Counted from the stretch's first letter, positions 23,201 to 38,344 are shown. The stretch is DNA of 64,000 nucleotides from Takakia lepidozioides (GCA_030704615.1 CM060731.1:57846001-57910000); one strand, 5' to 3'. The notes: generated from the sequence alone by a model not told the origin. Made by a program: numbers and translations.

Positions 23201-26200
23201 CTTCTGTACATAGATCTCGTGAGCAGGGGCAACAAGGTGATCCAGATAAGAGTGGCATGCCGAATAATAACTTGGTGACAAAACTACTTGTCAAGAGGTC
23301 TCAGGGTACCATCTATATTCCATGGTCATATTGACTTAAGACCCAAAGGCAGCGAGCCAGAACTGTGAGAAGCCATACGTTGCATCACCCTGGTGTTGGT
23401 ATCTTAAAAGCTAGTTCTAGTACTGTACCAGCAACACCAGATGGCCAAGAAGGTGCCTGGGTAGGAGCATCAAGCCACTGCAGAATTGCATCATCCACCT
23501 TCAGCACTGATAGGGACATCCCTGAGAAAGAGCACCAAACAACAGACTTTGGCTCAAGTTTCATGATTCACAGTAACTCAAAGCAGCAAATGCCTGGAAA
23601 AGGTATGGTGTAATGCATGAAGTGCCAAGAAAGAAGACCCAACTAAAGAGACCGAGATAAAGGATAGAAAGAGAGGCCCATGTCCTAGTCATTAGGCTCC
23701 GATTGCGTTCTTGCAGTCCAGGAAGCCCATCGACAGGTGAAACTCATATCAAATATCTCTGGTCTATGATGTTAAAGTTTGTACCTCCCAATATGCAGAC
23801 AAAGGAGATTACCTGCCATGTCGAGAGACGTCATAAGAGCACCAGTGTAAACACGTTCAACAGCCAAGCCATGCTCTATTTGCAGATGTGCAACAGCTTT
23901 ACCAGCTGCGATCATCAACTCCATTGTAGGTGTTGCCCCCAGACTGCTCACAAAAGAAGTCTGTGAGTATGGTAGAGAACTAAATCCTGCAGTTACGACA
24001 CCGGTACAAAATAGACTAATGCGTTCTGTCTGTCAAGTCAAAGACCGACCATATTCCTGGTCGTCCAATACAGGAATCCCACATTTAAGAGTCCTCTAAG
24101 AGGGAATACATCAGTGCATACAGACTCTAAAGACCTGCAGTTTCCGACATCAGCACAAACTGGAACCTAGTGATAGTACATGTACTATTGAGTTGAAGAC
24201 CCACCACATTCCTGGTTGCATAATTCAGGAAAGCAGCATGAGAAATCCTCTAAAGGGGAAAACACCAGCGGCTACAGTAGCCATGGGCACAATACACGGT
24301 CCTTTGGAATCCAAACCCCCATAGTCGTAGCCTTGACGGCCAACTCAGCTATAAAATGGTGGTCATGGGTCAACCAGCCACCTCTAACAAGTCCTGCAGG
24401 GAGGCTTTGGGCAAACAGGTTTTCCCAGTTATGCCTCCGACAGCAGTAACCCTTTGGGGTGAAATAGATGTACCCCAATCTGGCCAATGTAAAATGCACT
24501 GTGGTACACATTTTAGAGGTTCTGGATGACATACCTATTAACCATCAGCGCAACCCTGCTTCCACGTTTGATGGGTACATACTGTGTCTCCTGCAATCAC
24601 AAAGAGCCTTTGAAGTTGTGATGATGATCCACCATTACAAAAGTGGAGGATTATCTCCAATGCCATTCCAACGTATACCTTGACAAGCACAACTGTAGTG
24701 ATTGGACATGCTTCAGACTTGGCCTATGCACACACACATAATAGTGTGAGCAACTTTTTGCCAATCCAAGCAGGTATCGACATGGATCTACCTACATGAG
24801 CTCTAAACTCGCACTTTGGAGCACGAGAAGGCTGCTGAAGTCAATTCTACTTTCTAAGGACCATCGATTATCGTCCAAGTTGCTGTGGTCATTGGGATAC
24901 GATCCTGAGTAATTCGTTGAAATCCAGCTGTTGAGATCCACAGGCATTGGTATGAACTTAGGAACACATCCAAACCAAGAAGCTGCACATACCGTAGCTA
25001 AGATCTGCTTCAGAATGTGAGACACCACAACGTCCACTGGTTGTAGATCAGCAACTGCAGCTCCAGGTTCACCATGCTGCAAACGTGGATGAGATCTCTT
25101 AGGCCATTAACTCGCGAAGAGAGCCACTAGCTGGATAAGGTTGGATTCGGCCTGCAGACGGCAAGGTCGCATCAGCATGAAAGGGGCCACCCACATGGCC
25201 ATAGTGGGGCTCATGCTCATGTTGATAATTGGCTTTCATTTATGTGCAAGCCAAAAGTTACAGGTAAGTGCCACTAACTGCTTTATCTGCAATCAGAACT
25301 TTCCAAACTAACAGTAATTACCATTTATTGTTAATAGTCCTTCCACCAAGCCCTGGGAGTAGGTGTCCTCCCAGTGGTGTGTGTGACAAACCAAACCTCC
25401 ATATTCATAGTAACCAGAAGAGCTGCCTTGGTACGACAGACAGGCACTCATGCAGCCTGGTATGGGTCCATGAGAAGGAACATTTGGTGGCCTGAATTCC
25501 CTCAGTATACATGCGTCAGATGTAGAAAGTAAGGTATGGGGCAAGGCACCAGCTTGGGTGTAATGGTGTTAGCACAGGACTGGAACACGAAACAAGCTTT
25601 CAACCTTACTGAACTCTACTGTTTTAAATATCTATCTAGCAATTAGTGACCCACGAAACTTACAATTCCAAGACCAAGCTCCATCTTGCCAGGTCCAAGC
25701 CGATCTGATGTGCTCTGTCCAGGTTTTGTGCACACCGTTAAGGCAACCCCCATTGTTCCGACCATTCCTGCAACCCGACGAGCTTCTGCTGCTATCTCTG
25801 GAAGGCTGTGACCAGCAGCAGCTGTTGCTCCTGCAACCTATAAAAGCAAGGCAACTCCTCAGACCAGGAATGGAATAAGAACTGCATTTTAGTGACCATC
25901 AACCTCCAATTCATACACAAACAGATTTCAGTCCACAGAGCACAATTGTGTTCATATTTTCAATGGAATTTCTTTTGAGCATGAGCTTGCAAAGCTTACA
26001 AGTACATTTTCCCGTGTTGGCTCTAATCTGACTTTAATTTGTCTATTACTGCAAGCACAGCCAAGACACACCAAGACATAGCCAACCACCTTGTTCAAGA
26101 ACTGCTGGCACGTTATGCACATCTACTGCACACCAGGTGTATTTCTAACCTTATCAAGAGTAATTCAATGAAGAAACGTGCACTCTCTTACCTTGTGCAC

Positions 26201-29200
26201 AAAGAGAGTCCCAGCAAGTCCCCGGCGACCTGCCACGCCGCGAGGCGGGGGAAGAGCACAATCATCTCCCACTATCACCATCTGCAGCAGTGGCAGACAG
26301 ATCACACTCAATTCCTTGGTTAGACTCCAAATACACCAGGCTTCACCAATTCTAAAGTCCACGACACTTTTTGCATGGTCTAGTAGGCTTTACACCTAGC
26401 TGGTAGACCAGTCTACCCTGTTAAAGCTAGATCCATCTGCCAAGTACAGCGAAACAATCCAGCTCAAACTTAAATAGCATTGACCATGGCATCTCCATCA
26501 AAGCAGGTGGACAAACCTCAACTTTGTAGCCCTCAGCCTTTGCTTGTTCAGCCGCCAACCCAAAGTTCAACCGGTCACCTGTATAATTCTGCCAAATCCA
26601 TGCTCGTCATTTAGAACTAGAGTCATGATTACAATGTGTTCACACAACTGCTGCCAAATGTCTCTGACAAGAAAGTACCTTCACAACCAAAAAACAACCA
26701 GGAGGTCCAGTAACAGCTCGAATACCCTGCAATAAAATGGGATGCCAAGTGAGCATTTGCCATGAACAAGCATACACTGTGATTCGAACAAAAAGTTGAA
26801 GGAAACAAAATTCCTACACCACTTGGTGGTAGTGACCAGAAGTACTGGCAACAAAGAACACGTACCACATACCTTTCGCAGGAGCATCAGTGCAAGCACA
26901 AGTAAATACTATCAGTTACACTTACAGCTAAAATAGCATTGACAGATGGGGATGTAAAAACATCTCCACAAATGGCAGCTGTTAACATGCCCTCTCCCAC
27001 ATATCCTGCATGAGCTGGTTCATGCCCACTTCCGCCACCTGTGCATTGGATAGACTGACGAATGATTAACAACTGGAAATGATGGCATCCCTAATCTTAC
27101 CAATAACTGGTTATAATCACCATGTTCTCATACTTATGACCAACCTAGAGAGTGTGAGAGAAGAGAAATGAAATGAAATGAAATGGTACCTTATAGCGTC
27201 CGCGGATGGCCAGCAAGAGCTAGGAGATGGACAGAGAAGGAGCAAGGACATGGGGGAGTGGGGGGAGTCATCACAAGGTTCCGAGGATGGTCACATGAGT
27301 ATGGAAAGGAGTAGCAGAAAGAGAGAGAGAAGAGAACAGACAGAGAAAGTCGTGACGTCCACTGGATGCTGAGAGAGAGAGTGCTTCATCAGACCTAGAC
27401 AGCAATTTTTACCTTCACATGTCTACCTGATGGCCAGGTCCACTATCCAGGGCTAGCATCTATAGGTGTGCACAAATCATGGTCCTGAGAATCAGTTTAA
27501 AGCATGGTGGAGAAGTGGTCACTTTGTCTCAATTGGGTTCAGACCTCAACTCTGCTTTTCCAAATGAGAAAGCTTGGCTGTCTGTATTCCAGATACCAAG
27601 GCTACAGCAAACAACATCTTATCAGTACACTCTATTCCAGATGCTGTTTAGGTGATAACTGGTGGGGATCTTTAACAATAGAGCAACTCATTCATGAGTA
27701 ATGCTCGAAGCAAATGAATGGCTTATGGAGAAGGTTGCACCTGAAATTACTGCAACTTTGTCATAGTTGAGTCGAGACACATCCGCACGCAATACAACTT
27801 TCACCTACAAATCTAACACCAGAATTAGCAATCGAGGACGTACGTGACACTCCTGACAAACCACAGCCTTCAATCTTCATTGGAGAATGAACCTCCACAT
27901 ATACCGATATCCTAGTTCCACCTTTTAGAATCTAGCACAAAGAGTATAAAAGGACGATAGAAACAGAAGCCTGACCAGATTACACTTACCTCAGGAAAAC
28001 CATCAAGGTAGGAAAGATTAGGGTAAGTCTCCACCAAACCCTCGATCAATTCTATCACCACATCTGCAGACAACTTAAAAAGTAACAATTGAACTTATCA
28101 GTCTCAACTCATTCCCTCAGTCCAAGCATTGCAAAGTAATGCAGTTGGACATCTGTTTGGGATGCTTTCAACACTTGTCACTTCCACCTTTCCCTTAAAA
28201 AAGTCCTACTCTTTTGTGTTGCCAGACAATCAGAACCATCAGTGCAACCACATGATGACCAGATCATCACAAAATCCTCCCTCATTAAGGAAGCTCTGCA
28301 CCAGCTACAGATGTTCCATCACCTAATCCAATAGCATATCGTTCGAAAACATCTCCATGTATGTCCCACATAAAGTAAAGACAAAGTCCTTTCAAGGGAG
28401 TGTCCACAATCCGTAGTGACTGCGCTAGAGATCATGTCAGCTCAAACAGTGAAGGGACCAGCAATTTGTGTAAACAACTGTCCCACTAGATGACAATGTG
28501 ACTCTCGATCCAGCATTTTGCAATCATACCCATCAGCCAAGTTGATAGGTAGTTTTTCAAAAAGGAAACTTGGCTCTAAACCTTGTACCATTCGCAACAG
28601 CACAGAAAGTATGGAACCAGCCCAACGAAGGACCCAGAACCCTATCATGGAGAGCAACAGAACCTTCTACTTGCATTGGTTTTGTGCGAAAAAATCAAAA
28701 GCTACAATCCAAATTACACATATTCACTACCACACCATCTGAAGTCTGAGATACATCTCTATCTGCCTGGCCAGTCATTGCATCTCTAGCCTTTGTGTTG
28801 AAAAATAAAGAGAAAGAATTTGTCCATGTAAAACGCAATGTGCAATCACACACTGACTAAGGCACAACTTGATAGATAGTCACGGATTGACTCCAACATG
28901 ATTGTAACAAGGGAAGATAGTTGCATCCCTCTCCACAACCGTTTGAAGGATGTAGGACTGAATATCACGTTTGAAGACAGGCAATATCATGTGCGGACCA
29001 GTCCTCGGAGGTTACAATGGATGCAAACGGGGCAAAACAACCCTGTTGGATACTTCATGTGGGTTACATGATGGCGCCACTAGACCCATGCTATTTCAAC
29101 CAGACCAATGTACTGGTCAACTCAGAGCTACCCCTCAGTACCAAGTACCAAGCACATGGGTGGGTCCATCCTCTCGGAAGACGCTCGACCTTTGCCAGCA

Positions 29201-29726
29201 CTCTTCCCAGGCTTGGAAGCTGCCGTTAAAATGGCAAGTTTGGCTTCTCATCCACTCCGAGCGATCACATCACCTTCAACTAAATGACGATCCAACGCTT
29301 CCTCCAGATATGGATAATGCACACTTGAAAGAATGTAGCATTGGTCAAAGAACTAGGTTGCCGAACTAGGTTGCCGTCTCCTGATTGCTGGTGCATCACA
29401 AGCCATGAAAAGCCTCGAGGAGTCCAGATGTCAAGACATCCACATGATTATAATTGTGTTTGGAGAGCAGCAGGAACCGCTTGAATTCACAATATCTTAA
29501 TATCTCTTCAAAGACACCACGTTCTCAGACCAACAACTCAAAAGGGGATGGAAGAAACAGCTTATCTCTGGGAGCAGTGCGACTGAACGGACTAAGCTCA
29601 AACAAACATTTATCAGTTCCTTGAAGCTGCCACAATTGGGACTCTTATGAATCGGCGTGTCAAGCTGCAACAAGCAACAACAGGCTTACCGTTTGGATCG
29701 TTGATGAGTTTTTTCCCTCGTCCCAT
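20244..29726 (-). CDS. DAK: Dihydroxyacetone kinase / triokinase-FMN cyclase (DhaK+DhaL), multi-exon
   Basis: Exons encode [12 protein letters not shown] (29690-29726), [137 protein letters not shown] and [28 protein letters not shown] (20244-20351). Boundaries are GT-AG. Confidence 0.95.
24262..24470 (+). mobile_element. Diverged copy of the SINE-like repeat at 42208, inside a DAK intron
   Basis: GCCAACTCAGCTATAAAATGGTGGTCATGGGTCAACC and CAGTAACCCTTTGGGGTGAA resemble GCCAACCCAGCTACAAAAGGGGGGTCCAGGGTCAACC and CAGTAGGCCTTCGGGGTGAA of the 42.2-kb element. Boundaries are approximate. Confidence 0.5.
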
Positions 29727-31057
29727 TCGATCTTTGAAAGAGGGGAGTTTGTGAATGCTCGCCAGCTTGAAACTCTTGAAAACAAGGCAAGGATCGAGGT
29801 CGAGTGTCGCTCAGCACCAAGAGAAAGAAATTCCCGGAACTCGGGCCAAAACGGTATGGCTCAGAGGAGCGGGAGAGCAAGGAAGATGAGTCTTGCCTCG
29901 CGATGGCAGGAAGGATCAGGGGCTCCTTCAGTAAGGACAATGAGCGAAATCCACAGCAGGAAGCAGATAAGTCAGGAGGAGAGAGAGCAGAACGGTAAAG
30001 GCAAAGAAGAAGAGACCACGAGAGGCTCATACACAAGCACGAGTTGCCGAGTGATGACAATGAGAGAAACCACAAACAGCTGGAAAGCCAATGACGAGAA
30101 TTCCGAGAAAGCAAGGCCTACTAGCAGCAGGGAGCATCAGGATACCAGGGCGTAGCGTGAGAGAAGAACAAGTTACAGCTAAACCAGAACGGGGAGAGAG
30201 AACGAACAGCAGTAATGAACTCCCCAGGGAAGGCAACAGAACGGGGACAATCGCAAACGACAATCGACAGACACAAACAGTACGATCAACACGCCGCGCG
30301 ATTAGCGATTACACCACCAGGGACGACAAGGTGAAGAGGGATTGCGAGAAGACGATAACGGCTAAAGACGGGAGGAAATAACAACTAGGAGCGCCGGGTT
30401 AGAAGGCGGAAGGGGAATGTAAGAAGAACAGTGGCAGCAGCAGTCCAGCAACAACTCGCCGCACAAACAGCAGGCACAACTGGCAGCCCGCTGCGAGAAG
30501 CAAAGCTGAGCGAGTACGATTACAATGAGCAAGGCTCAGTATCGCTGAGAGGGAGGATTAAGAACTGTAACACTCCCACAAGCATGAGCCGGATCACAGG
30601 AGCCGGGACGAAAAGCATCACGAGGCCATGGATTAGAGAACGCGAGGAGAATGCTAAGGGCGAGGAAAGTGACGATGGCAGAAGGCGAGGCGGTGCATCA
30701 GTTGCAAGACAAGAAAACTGGAAACCAAGGAAATGCTGTGAAGGCACGGCAGCATTTATACAAGAGGGCCACTGTGCAGCGAGCCAAGGTCCCCTCTGTC
30801 CCTGCCCTCCTGCCCGCTGCCGACCGGCTCCCCCGGTAACCGCGTTCCAAAAGTCTTTCCCCTGCTTTACACGTACCTGAGGAGTTGAGCCCACGATCGC
30901 GGGACTCCAACTGGAAGCATTTTCTGCTTTCTTCTTCCTTTGATCATTCTCTAAAGGGATCCGATGGTGCACCGGACATTGTCGGTCGGCCCACCCCTTC
31001 CATCTCTCCGCACTATCATACGGGTCGGCCAAATTGTGCTCATTATCGGACCACATA

Positions 31058-31939
31058 CAGTCTGCCCTGGATAAATGTTACCTCTATAAACGTTAAACTA
31101 CCATAAATGTTAAAAAAAATTTACTCCCCTACTTGTGCATACTAGCAAATGTTAATTGTTATTTGTTAACAATTGTGTACTCCCCTCTTTGTAAATCTGC
31201 CCTCAATAAATGTCAAAATAAAATAAAAAATGTTAAGTGCACCATACAGGCTTCATCTAACACGAGATATGCTTCATAATCCCACTAGATAAGATCACAT
31301 GCTAAAACATATATAATCAATCAGGACATTGCAAAGTAAGCAGGAGGTAATACTAAGGTGATCAGATGAGAAGCGAATACCTTGATCCAAGGAGCGTACG
31401 CTCCACATTTTCAGACTTGACATGTAGGTTGTTTTTGAGAGACCAGACCATATATGTAGTGGTAGTTGTACTTCTGACAGATGTTTTGCAAGTAGATGGT
31501 ATAGAGATCGTGCCTCTAAGTGCTGCAGGAATCGAGGAAGAACACACACATGCCCTTGAAATTCCAGCCCCTGTAGCATTCAAGGATGCCAAAATGGACA
31601 TAGCTACGATTTCTCAATATTTGGAACAAAGGCCTTATGACGTTATGAAAACCATTTTAGCCATGAAACGCCTAGAGAAAGAAATCGAGGATATGCATAT
31701 TAGAGATACTCGTCAAACCACAATCCATTCATATTTCCTGCCCATAACTGAATGACTCTATATAATTACACTTTGTTTCATAAGTGTTAATTTCATAAAT
31801 CTTGTATTTGTTAAATGTTACCTTCTGTAAATGTTAATGTGTTAAACCCTAATACCTTCATAACTGTTAATGTGTTAACCTTGTCTAAATGTTATTTTTT
31901 GCCTACTCCCGACTGTTAACATTTATCCAGGGCAGACTG
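31058..31939 (+). mobile_element. pogo/Tigger-like (Tc1/mariner) internal-deletion derivative, 882 bp
   Basis: Perfect 23-bp TIR CAGTCTGCCCTGGATAAATGTTA, TA on both flanks, and many subterminal AAATGTTA repeats. The internal ORF remnant ends RQTTIHSYF, a PIP-box-like C-terminus typical of pogo transposases. Confidence 0.9.
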
Positions 31940-34900
31940 TATCGTCCGAGGAGAATTAGTGACAATGTACTTGTGTACGTAATTTGAGCCACACATATAG
32001 ATAGACTCTGATCTAAATATGTGTTGTGTGTCCAACGGAATAAGAATCGGACTTCTTAGGATGATGAAGGGTGTAAAATAATATTGGCGACGAGACGAAT
32101 GTTAAGCACTCAAAGATCCCCCTCCAAAAAGCTTTGGCATGTTGGTCGGACCTTGGTACTATCTCCCCACTCACCCGCGGTCATATGCCTTACAAAGAAT
32201 ACTAGTATTTCGTTTGAAGTTCCGGAAAAGAAAATCTGCATCCGTCTCCGTCACCACCACATAAGTCAAATCGGAGCCATCACAATCACGGAAATGCATG
32301 GTAGGAAAACATGGGAGGGAGTCCATCGTGTACAGTCCTCAATCATTCCTTCCATATAATTCTGCATTTCGTGCTGCCACTGAAGTGACCACTACCCACA
32401 ACAAAATAATTAACGATGAAAATACGAAACTAAATCTGGCCACAAAACTGGCAACCGGAAGTAGCCGGTGGTCGGGCTCGCCCACAATCTATGGGCAGCT
32501 CGGTATATCCAGTAGCTCCCTGGGGCCACGTGCCGTACGGCTACCCGCCATTGCGCCGGGTTATCTTTGCCAGGAAGTGTAGCTATGACACATCCGTGTC
32601 AGCACACGTTTTTCATCCAGAAAGATGAATCCCCACATCGACGCAATGTCTATCCATCTATCGCCGATAATCGAGGGCCAGCGCGACACATATTCATCCA
32701 CCGCACCGACGGCGTGGCTCATCCAGGCGGGCAGCAGGCATTCATCCGGGTGCGCGGCACTCATGGCGCGGGGTGGAGTGCAACAGACGGGATGCCGCGG
32801 TCAGCGTCGTCGCTGACCGGCTTTTTCTTTTCTGCTTTTTTTGCTTTTCGCTTTTTCGGACGGACGGAATCCATATTTCATCCGTATGGACAGAAGCAAA
32901 ACACATGGGGGGCCCCGCCACGTGCCTGCCAGTGGATAGGCTGATTTATTATCTCAAAGGGAGGGGGGGTAGGCTGCGTTGTTTATTGCGAGCGGATTAT
33001 TTTATGGCGCACATCGGCAGCGGATGAAAACAGGCGAGGGGGGGGGGCATCTGGCGCTGCACTCCGATTAATTGACTCCCATGCATTTATCATTTGCTGT
33101 CAGAGGGTGACATCAGCGTCAGGCTCCTGGTCATGTTCGGGGGCCCAGGCGTGCGTGCATTGCTCGTGGTATGTGGCCCAAATGGAATGAGTGTTGTTTG
33201 AATCAGCTCCTTGCTAGACTTGTAATCGTCACTCCCATGAACCATGTCGGGAGATTATCGGTAGCGTAATTGCCATCCGATTACGCATTAAGAGCAGCAA
33301 ATCTGGGGACTGATCAGTCTGATCAGGGATCGCAGTGTGGTTCGCGAATGGGGTGGTGAGCTATCCTCTGAAGAAGGTCGGAAATGATTCTAATAATTAA
33401 GTAAGTATGAGGCGGCAAACAAAACTGCAAGAAAAGAGGTGCGAGAGTGCGAAGAAAAGCGTGGAAGGGGCTAGGTAGCAGGTGGCGGAGTGGAAAGGAC
33501 TTGGTGTCCTGCGCTCTAATAAATGGGCGTACCACTCGAGAACTCGTACTTGTGTGTACCTGAACACACACCAAGAACGGTTTTTTTCTACGGCCGCCAT
33601 CAGTAACTCGCCAGGATTTGAAACTCATGTCTCCGTATGCTGCAGTTTCAACTGACCTGTCTGGATAGGCCTGCACATTGACCATCCATCCCTCGCACGC
33701 AGGTGAGCCAATCTGCATGATTGAGTATGGATCAAGTGGAGGTTGCATGATCATAGCCCCAAGGATCATCACCTCGCTTAATTACTCTCATGTGAGGGGG
33801 AAACCGGCGGAATGGCCAATGTCCGTGCAGCATGCATGAAGTCTATTGACTGGGTATATCACAACAAAGAATACCCACAGTGGGCATTTAAAAATTGGAA
33901 TCTGTCTCTCAGAGCTGATCGTATGACAGTACAGCCCCTGACATGGAAGAGAAATGTCTTATTAAGGGGCAAAATTGTCCAGCGAAAAGTAAGTAGAAAG
34001 CTGAAGAGAAAGCTGAAGCCCTGACTTGATCGTCATGGGTGTGGGCGAGGCAAAAGGAATCGGTCAGCTCTGCAACATCGAAAGATATGTAACACTAATT
34101 CCAGGAATAATGAATTTACTAGCACCCACTAACATGTATTTCAGATAGTTCGGGAGGATCAGAGTTGTCGCCGTACCTAGTATCGCAACATCCACGGCAC
34201 TGAAACGACCATAAGTTAGAACCCGTCAAGTCATGAAGATCCACAGCAGCAAGAGGTAGGGCATGAAAATTCAGGGAAGACAACATATGCACTGTGCAGA
34301 TAAAAAAACAGCATGCCTAGACAGCACAGCTCAAGAGGGGATCCGGCCATGTCTAATACTTAGAAGTTAGCGGCGAATTACGCACGATCACTTGAATTGT
34401 GCTGCATTTCACATCAAGGCATTTTTGGAATTCCCTACATGTCGATACTTAGCGGCGATGGGTGCATGGAAAAGTATGAAGGGAGAGGGAAAGTGATTGA
34501 GCATTGAAAGAAGAGAGGAGCCGTGGTACAGGGCATGGCCGTTTGCAGGTTGGAATAAACAAGCTCTCGTGGTACGTGTACATACACGCACTGCTGCAGC
34601 CGCTCCGGAGGGCCCCGCCGCGTCCCTGCAACACTCATTACTACTCACCACTCACTACTTACCACTCACCAGTGTCGGAAGCGCGAGTCACTAGTAAACG
34701 GGCGACGTCAGAGCGCGGGCGGGCACGGCGCTGCCGTCACGTGCAGGCCCAGCACGCTTCTTTGTCCCTTGTGTTTCGCCAACTTAGGGTTCCCGGCTAT
34801 TCCTACGCCTTACGGCCTCTCTTCTCTATTCCAAACCAAAAGTTGGGCATAGCCGGGATTCACAGCAGTAAGGAATAAGCTTCCATGACATCATCCATTT

Positions 34901-36009
34901 TCAATATAGTCACAATGATCTTAAAGACCAACTTTTGAATCTGTATGGTTAGGGTTTCGGGCTATTCCTAATTAGGTGAATTGATTTATGGTCCAGCTAT
35001 TTCGGGGCTGTTGGCTATTCCCAGAGAATTAGGGATTCTGGCTATTCAAATCAGGCTGTGCATATTTAGGTGAATCCCGGTTTAGCCAGCTGGGGGTTGT
35101 GGAATTCATCGCCAATTAAGGATTCAGCCCCTGCAAACTGCAAACCAAGAAGCAATAAAATACTAGCAAGGGATCCAAAATTTGAGGAGCTCATGATTTG
35201 CAGGGAGGCTTTATATAGACCTTCCTGGGAAGACAACTTGAATGCGGGGCATCTTGTCCTGAAATATATATGACACCTCCATTAACCCCACTCTGCACCG
35301 GGTCAAGTGACACAACCGATGTTGCTGGCCCTGATACGTAACCTCTTCACCATTTCCTTTGTCATTTTGAGCTCCACACAGATTACTTAGACTTACAAAC
35401 AGATTGAGCGTATCAGTGTTCCAAGGTACTCAAATTGAGCGAATAAAAATGAGGTGAAGCATGTCCTTTTGCGGCCTCAAAGTCCCGAGGGGAGACTGGA
35501 GACGGTCTTGTAATAGGTAGACTGCACAGTTACAGGGCCCATATTTCCGTGTGATGTGGGATACACTTTGCTGGTGGACCGACTATGATTCTTCGACCTT
35601 GGTGGGGGGAGGAAGAAACAAAAAAGTAAATGATGGAGATAATAGTTGTTCTTCCCAAACCGGCGGCAAAACTGACTCGGCCAGCGGAAGGGCCCACATT
35701 TGCCCATATGCAATCATGCCTTGTGGGGCCTGCATGGATAACTTGTGGTGTGGGTTTTCTTTAATGTCAAGGCAATTGGGTTGGAGCAGCGAATCTAGCA
35801 ATTTGTCATCCTTTTTATAAATTGGGATCATTGCAAATGATTTGCTACATACGTGCAAAAGGAAAACTCAAGGGAGGACCAGTGACATAGTTGGCCCATC
35901 TGAATCCACATTACCTTGCCTGTGTTGGTCATCATAGAACGTCCTCATAAGACGCAATAGAAACAAGAGGGAACAGACCAGTAGTGGGACTAATTTGATT
36001 GATATAAAA

Positions 36010-37423
36010 AAAACTTTAGCTCGGGCTTTCCAGATTTCCTCTAGAAAGCCTTTTACACAAGCATCAATCTGCTGTGTGTGAGTTGGCCAGCAGGGCCAGG
36101 GCTTTAGGCTCACAACCTCGAGATTTTGAAGGCTAGTGAACAGAAGTGCAGGGACTATTTTCTTGATGGTCCTGAAGAGGGTCCCTCTCTGATGAGAAGA
36201 TCCTGGATCTTGTATGAGAAAATGGATATTTGTCTACAGCCTGCCCACAGATCCGGCATTGACAATATCCCCTTCCTCTTGGCAACTGTTTATTGCATTT
36301 GTTTTCAACCGTAGATGTCTAAATTTCAGTCTAGTGACAAGGGTAGTAGGTAGGCCCTTCAGATCATCCTTAAGGTCCTCAGCCATGTCACAAACTGTAA
36401 ACAAGATCAAGGAAGTTTTATGCCCAACATCATTCTGCTCTGTCATTGTTTGTGCTTCCGACATGGCAGTAGACAATCAGCCTCCTAGTCAGCTTCATCT
36501 AGAAGGGTCAGTTCTTCCTGCCTGATATTCAGGTAGTTGAAAGTCTCCTCTACCCTTTTCCGAAATAGAGGTGATCATTTTACGGTTCTGTATTATGCAG
36601 TGATGATCAGAGGGTGGCCGACTACCAAATGCAATATGTTTTGAGGAAGGAAGAGAGTTTAAACGCCCAGTAGTTTACCAAAAGAAATCTCGTGCAATTG
36701 TGTAAGCACCCGCACATAATACCCTCCCGAAACTGTATGAGGGCCTCACAGAAGTATAAAATATTCTCACTCCCAAGATGTGGTTGAAAGGCCAGTCGTC
36801 AAAAACAGTTCTAACCCATAAAGCAGAAACAATTAGAGCATAGGCAAATTCAAACCATCACGGTTCAGACGTGAAAAGGAATCAACGCATGCTTTCAGTC
36901 ACCGCATAAAGAAATGACTCACTCTACTTCTATGTTGACTGACAACCCTTTCAGAATTTCTAATTGTGGAAATAACTGGATTCGTTAGAATGGAAATGGC
37001 CGTGACCTTGCCGGAACTGTGTTTTCAACCCAGCAAGATGTGAGATTCAGCCAACATTGCCATGGCCCTCCAATCTGTCAAGTTTGCCGGAAAGAAATAG
37101 CTGAAACATTCTAAGCATAGCTGCAGTTACCCACCTGAAGCCATATGTGACACTTGTGGTTGTACTGTGCAAGGGCACATTAGAGCGAGAGAGGCGAACA
37201 AATAACCAGGAGACAGAGGGCCTATGCGATTCTCCTACGGTTTCAATGCACAAAATCGCTGATGCAAAATCCACAAGCATACCCGAAGCAAGTACAATGC
37301 AGGTGCAAGTGGTCGGCGTCGCAGGGCGCTGTCAAGGTACCTCGCCGAGCAGACACGACCACATGTGAATCACTGGTATGCCGCGGGCAGCATCCACAGC
37401 AGCTCCGGCAGCAAATCCCCCAT
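36010..37423 (-). pseudogene. F-box/LRR-like pseudogene
   Basis: MGDLLPELLWMLPAAYQ*FTCGRVCSAR (37423-37340) is F-box-like. LLFTSLQNLEVVSLKPW (~36150-36100) fits LxxLxxLxL. Many stops and frameshifts. Confidence 0.55.
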
Positions 37424-38344
37424 GCTCTACTTTGCCTTCCATCACTACTTCGTCTACTGTGCATTTAACTTTCAAACCCACTTCCCCACACCTGAGCCAG
37501 CGTCCAGTTCTTCCAACCCTAAATGGCAAATGTTTGAGTATTTAGTAGGAGAAAATGAACACGCGTTCTCTTGCTCTCCTTTCAACCTCCACAGTCTTTA
37601 TAATCTTCTGCAGTCCTGCTACATATGCAATCATGCTGGTCTCATACCGAATATCCAAACCTTTTGGAGGAGGGGCTGGCAGCCATTACCTTTCTGCAGA
37701 ACCTGATGAGCTCTGCCACCGCACGATCTCTCATAAACATAGATTCTATGCATCCACCTCCCTTGCATACATTCGTCATTCATGCTGTACATCCATATCC
37801 GGTTTTCTCAAGCATTGGCAAGGACTCTTCTTTCGTGTTTATGATCAAGATCTGTGGTCTAAACGTCTAAACTCTAAACTCTGAAAGCTCCCACTGCCGC
37901 AGATATGTTAACCATTTTATTAGAGAACCAAAGAGCATACTTCCATCAATGCAGGATGAGCCCCACCAGAGTAAAGCACACTCTTGAGAGAGGCGGAGGA
38001 CTCTCTCCAGCTCTCTCAAGACTCCAAAACTGGATCCAGTAATTACTCGAACTGCGTTTCCTAAAATGCCTACGTCAAAACCGAGTAACTTACATCTATG
38101 GGCATAAGCTATCTTAACTTCAAGCATTCATCCCAACTACAGTTGCAGGAACAAGATTTTGCAAATCCGGCACAAATGATATGGACTGATCATTCAAAGC
38201 TTCCTTTCTACATGCAAGGTCGCATTCGGAACTCCAGCGTTCTTAGTCTATTCAAAACACCTGCTCAAGCAAAGGCTGCGTGATGTGGATCTTTCTTATG
38301 CAGGCTGGAGGCACTAGCGGAGCTCCACTAGACGCGTCACAAAC

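Noticed and set aside
29751-30880. Several 100-180 aa ORFs upstream of DAK
   Set aside because: GA/CT-biased low-complexity leader sequence with overlapping ORFs and no motifs.
32080-34880. Scattered ORFs (e.g. 33323-33772, 33812-34024) and small palindromes
   Set aside because: No family motif, consistent exon chain or element boundaries could be established.
34770-35110. Recurring GGCTATTC/TTAGGG motifs
   Set aside because: Suggestive of a repeat terminus or degenerate telomere-like sequence, but no partner end or regular array was found.
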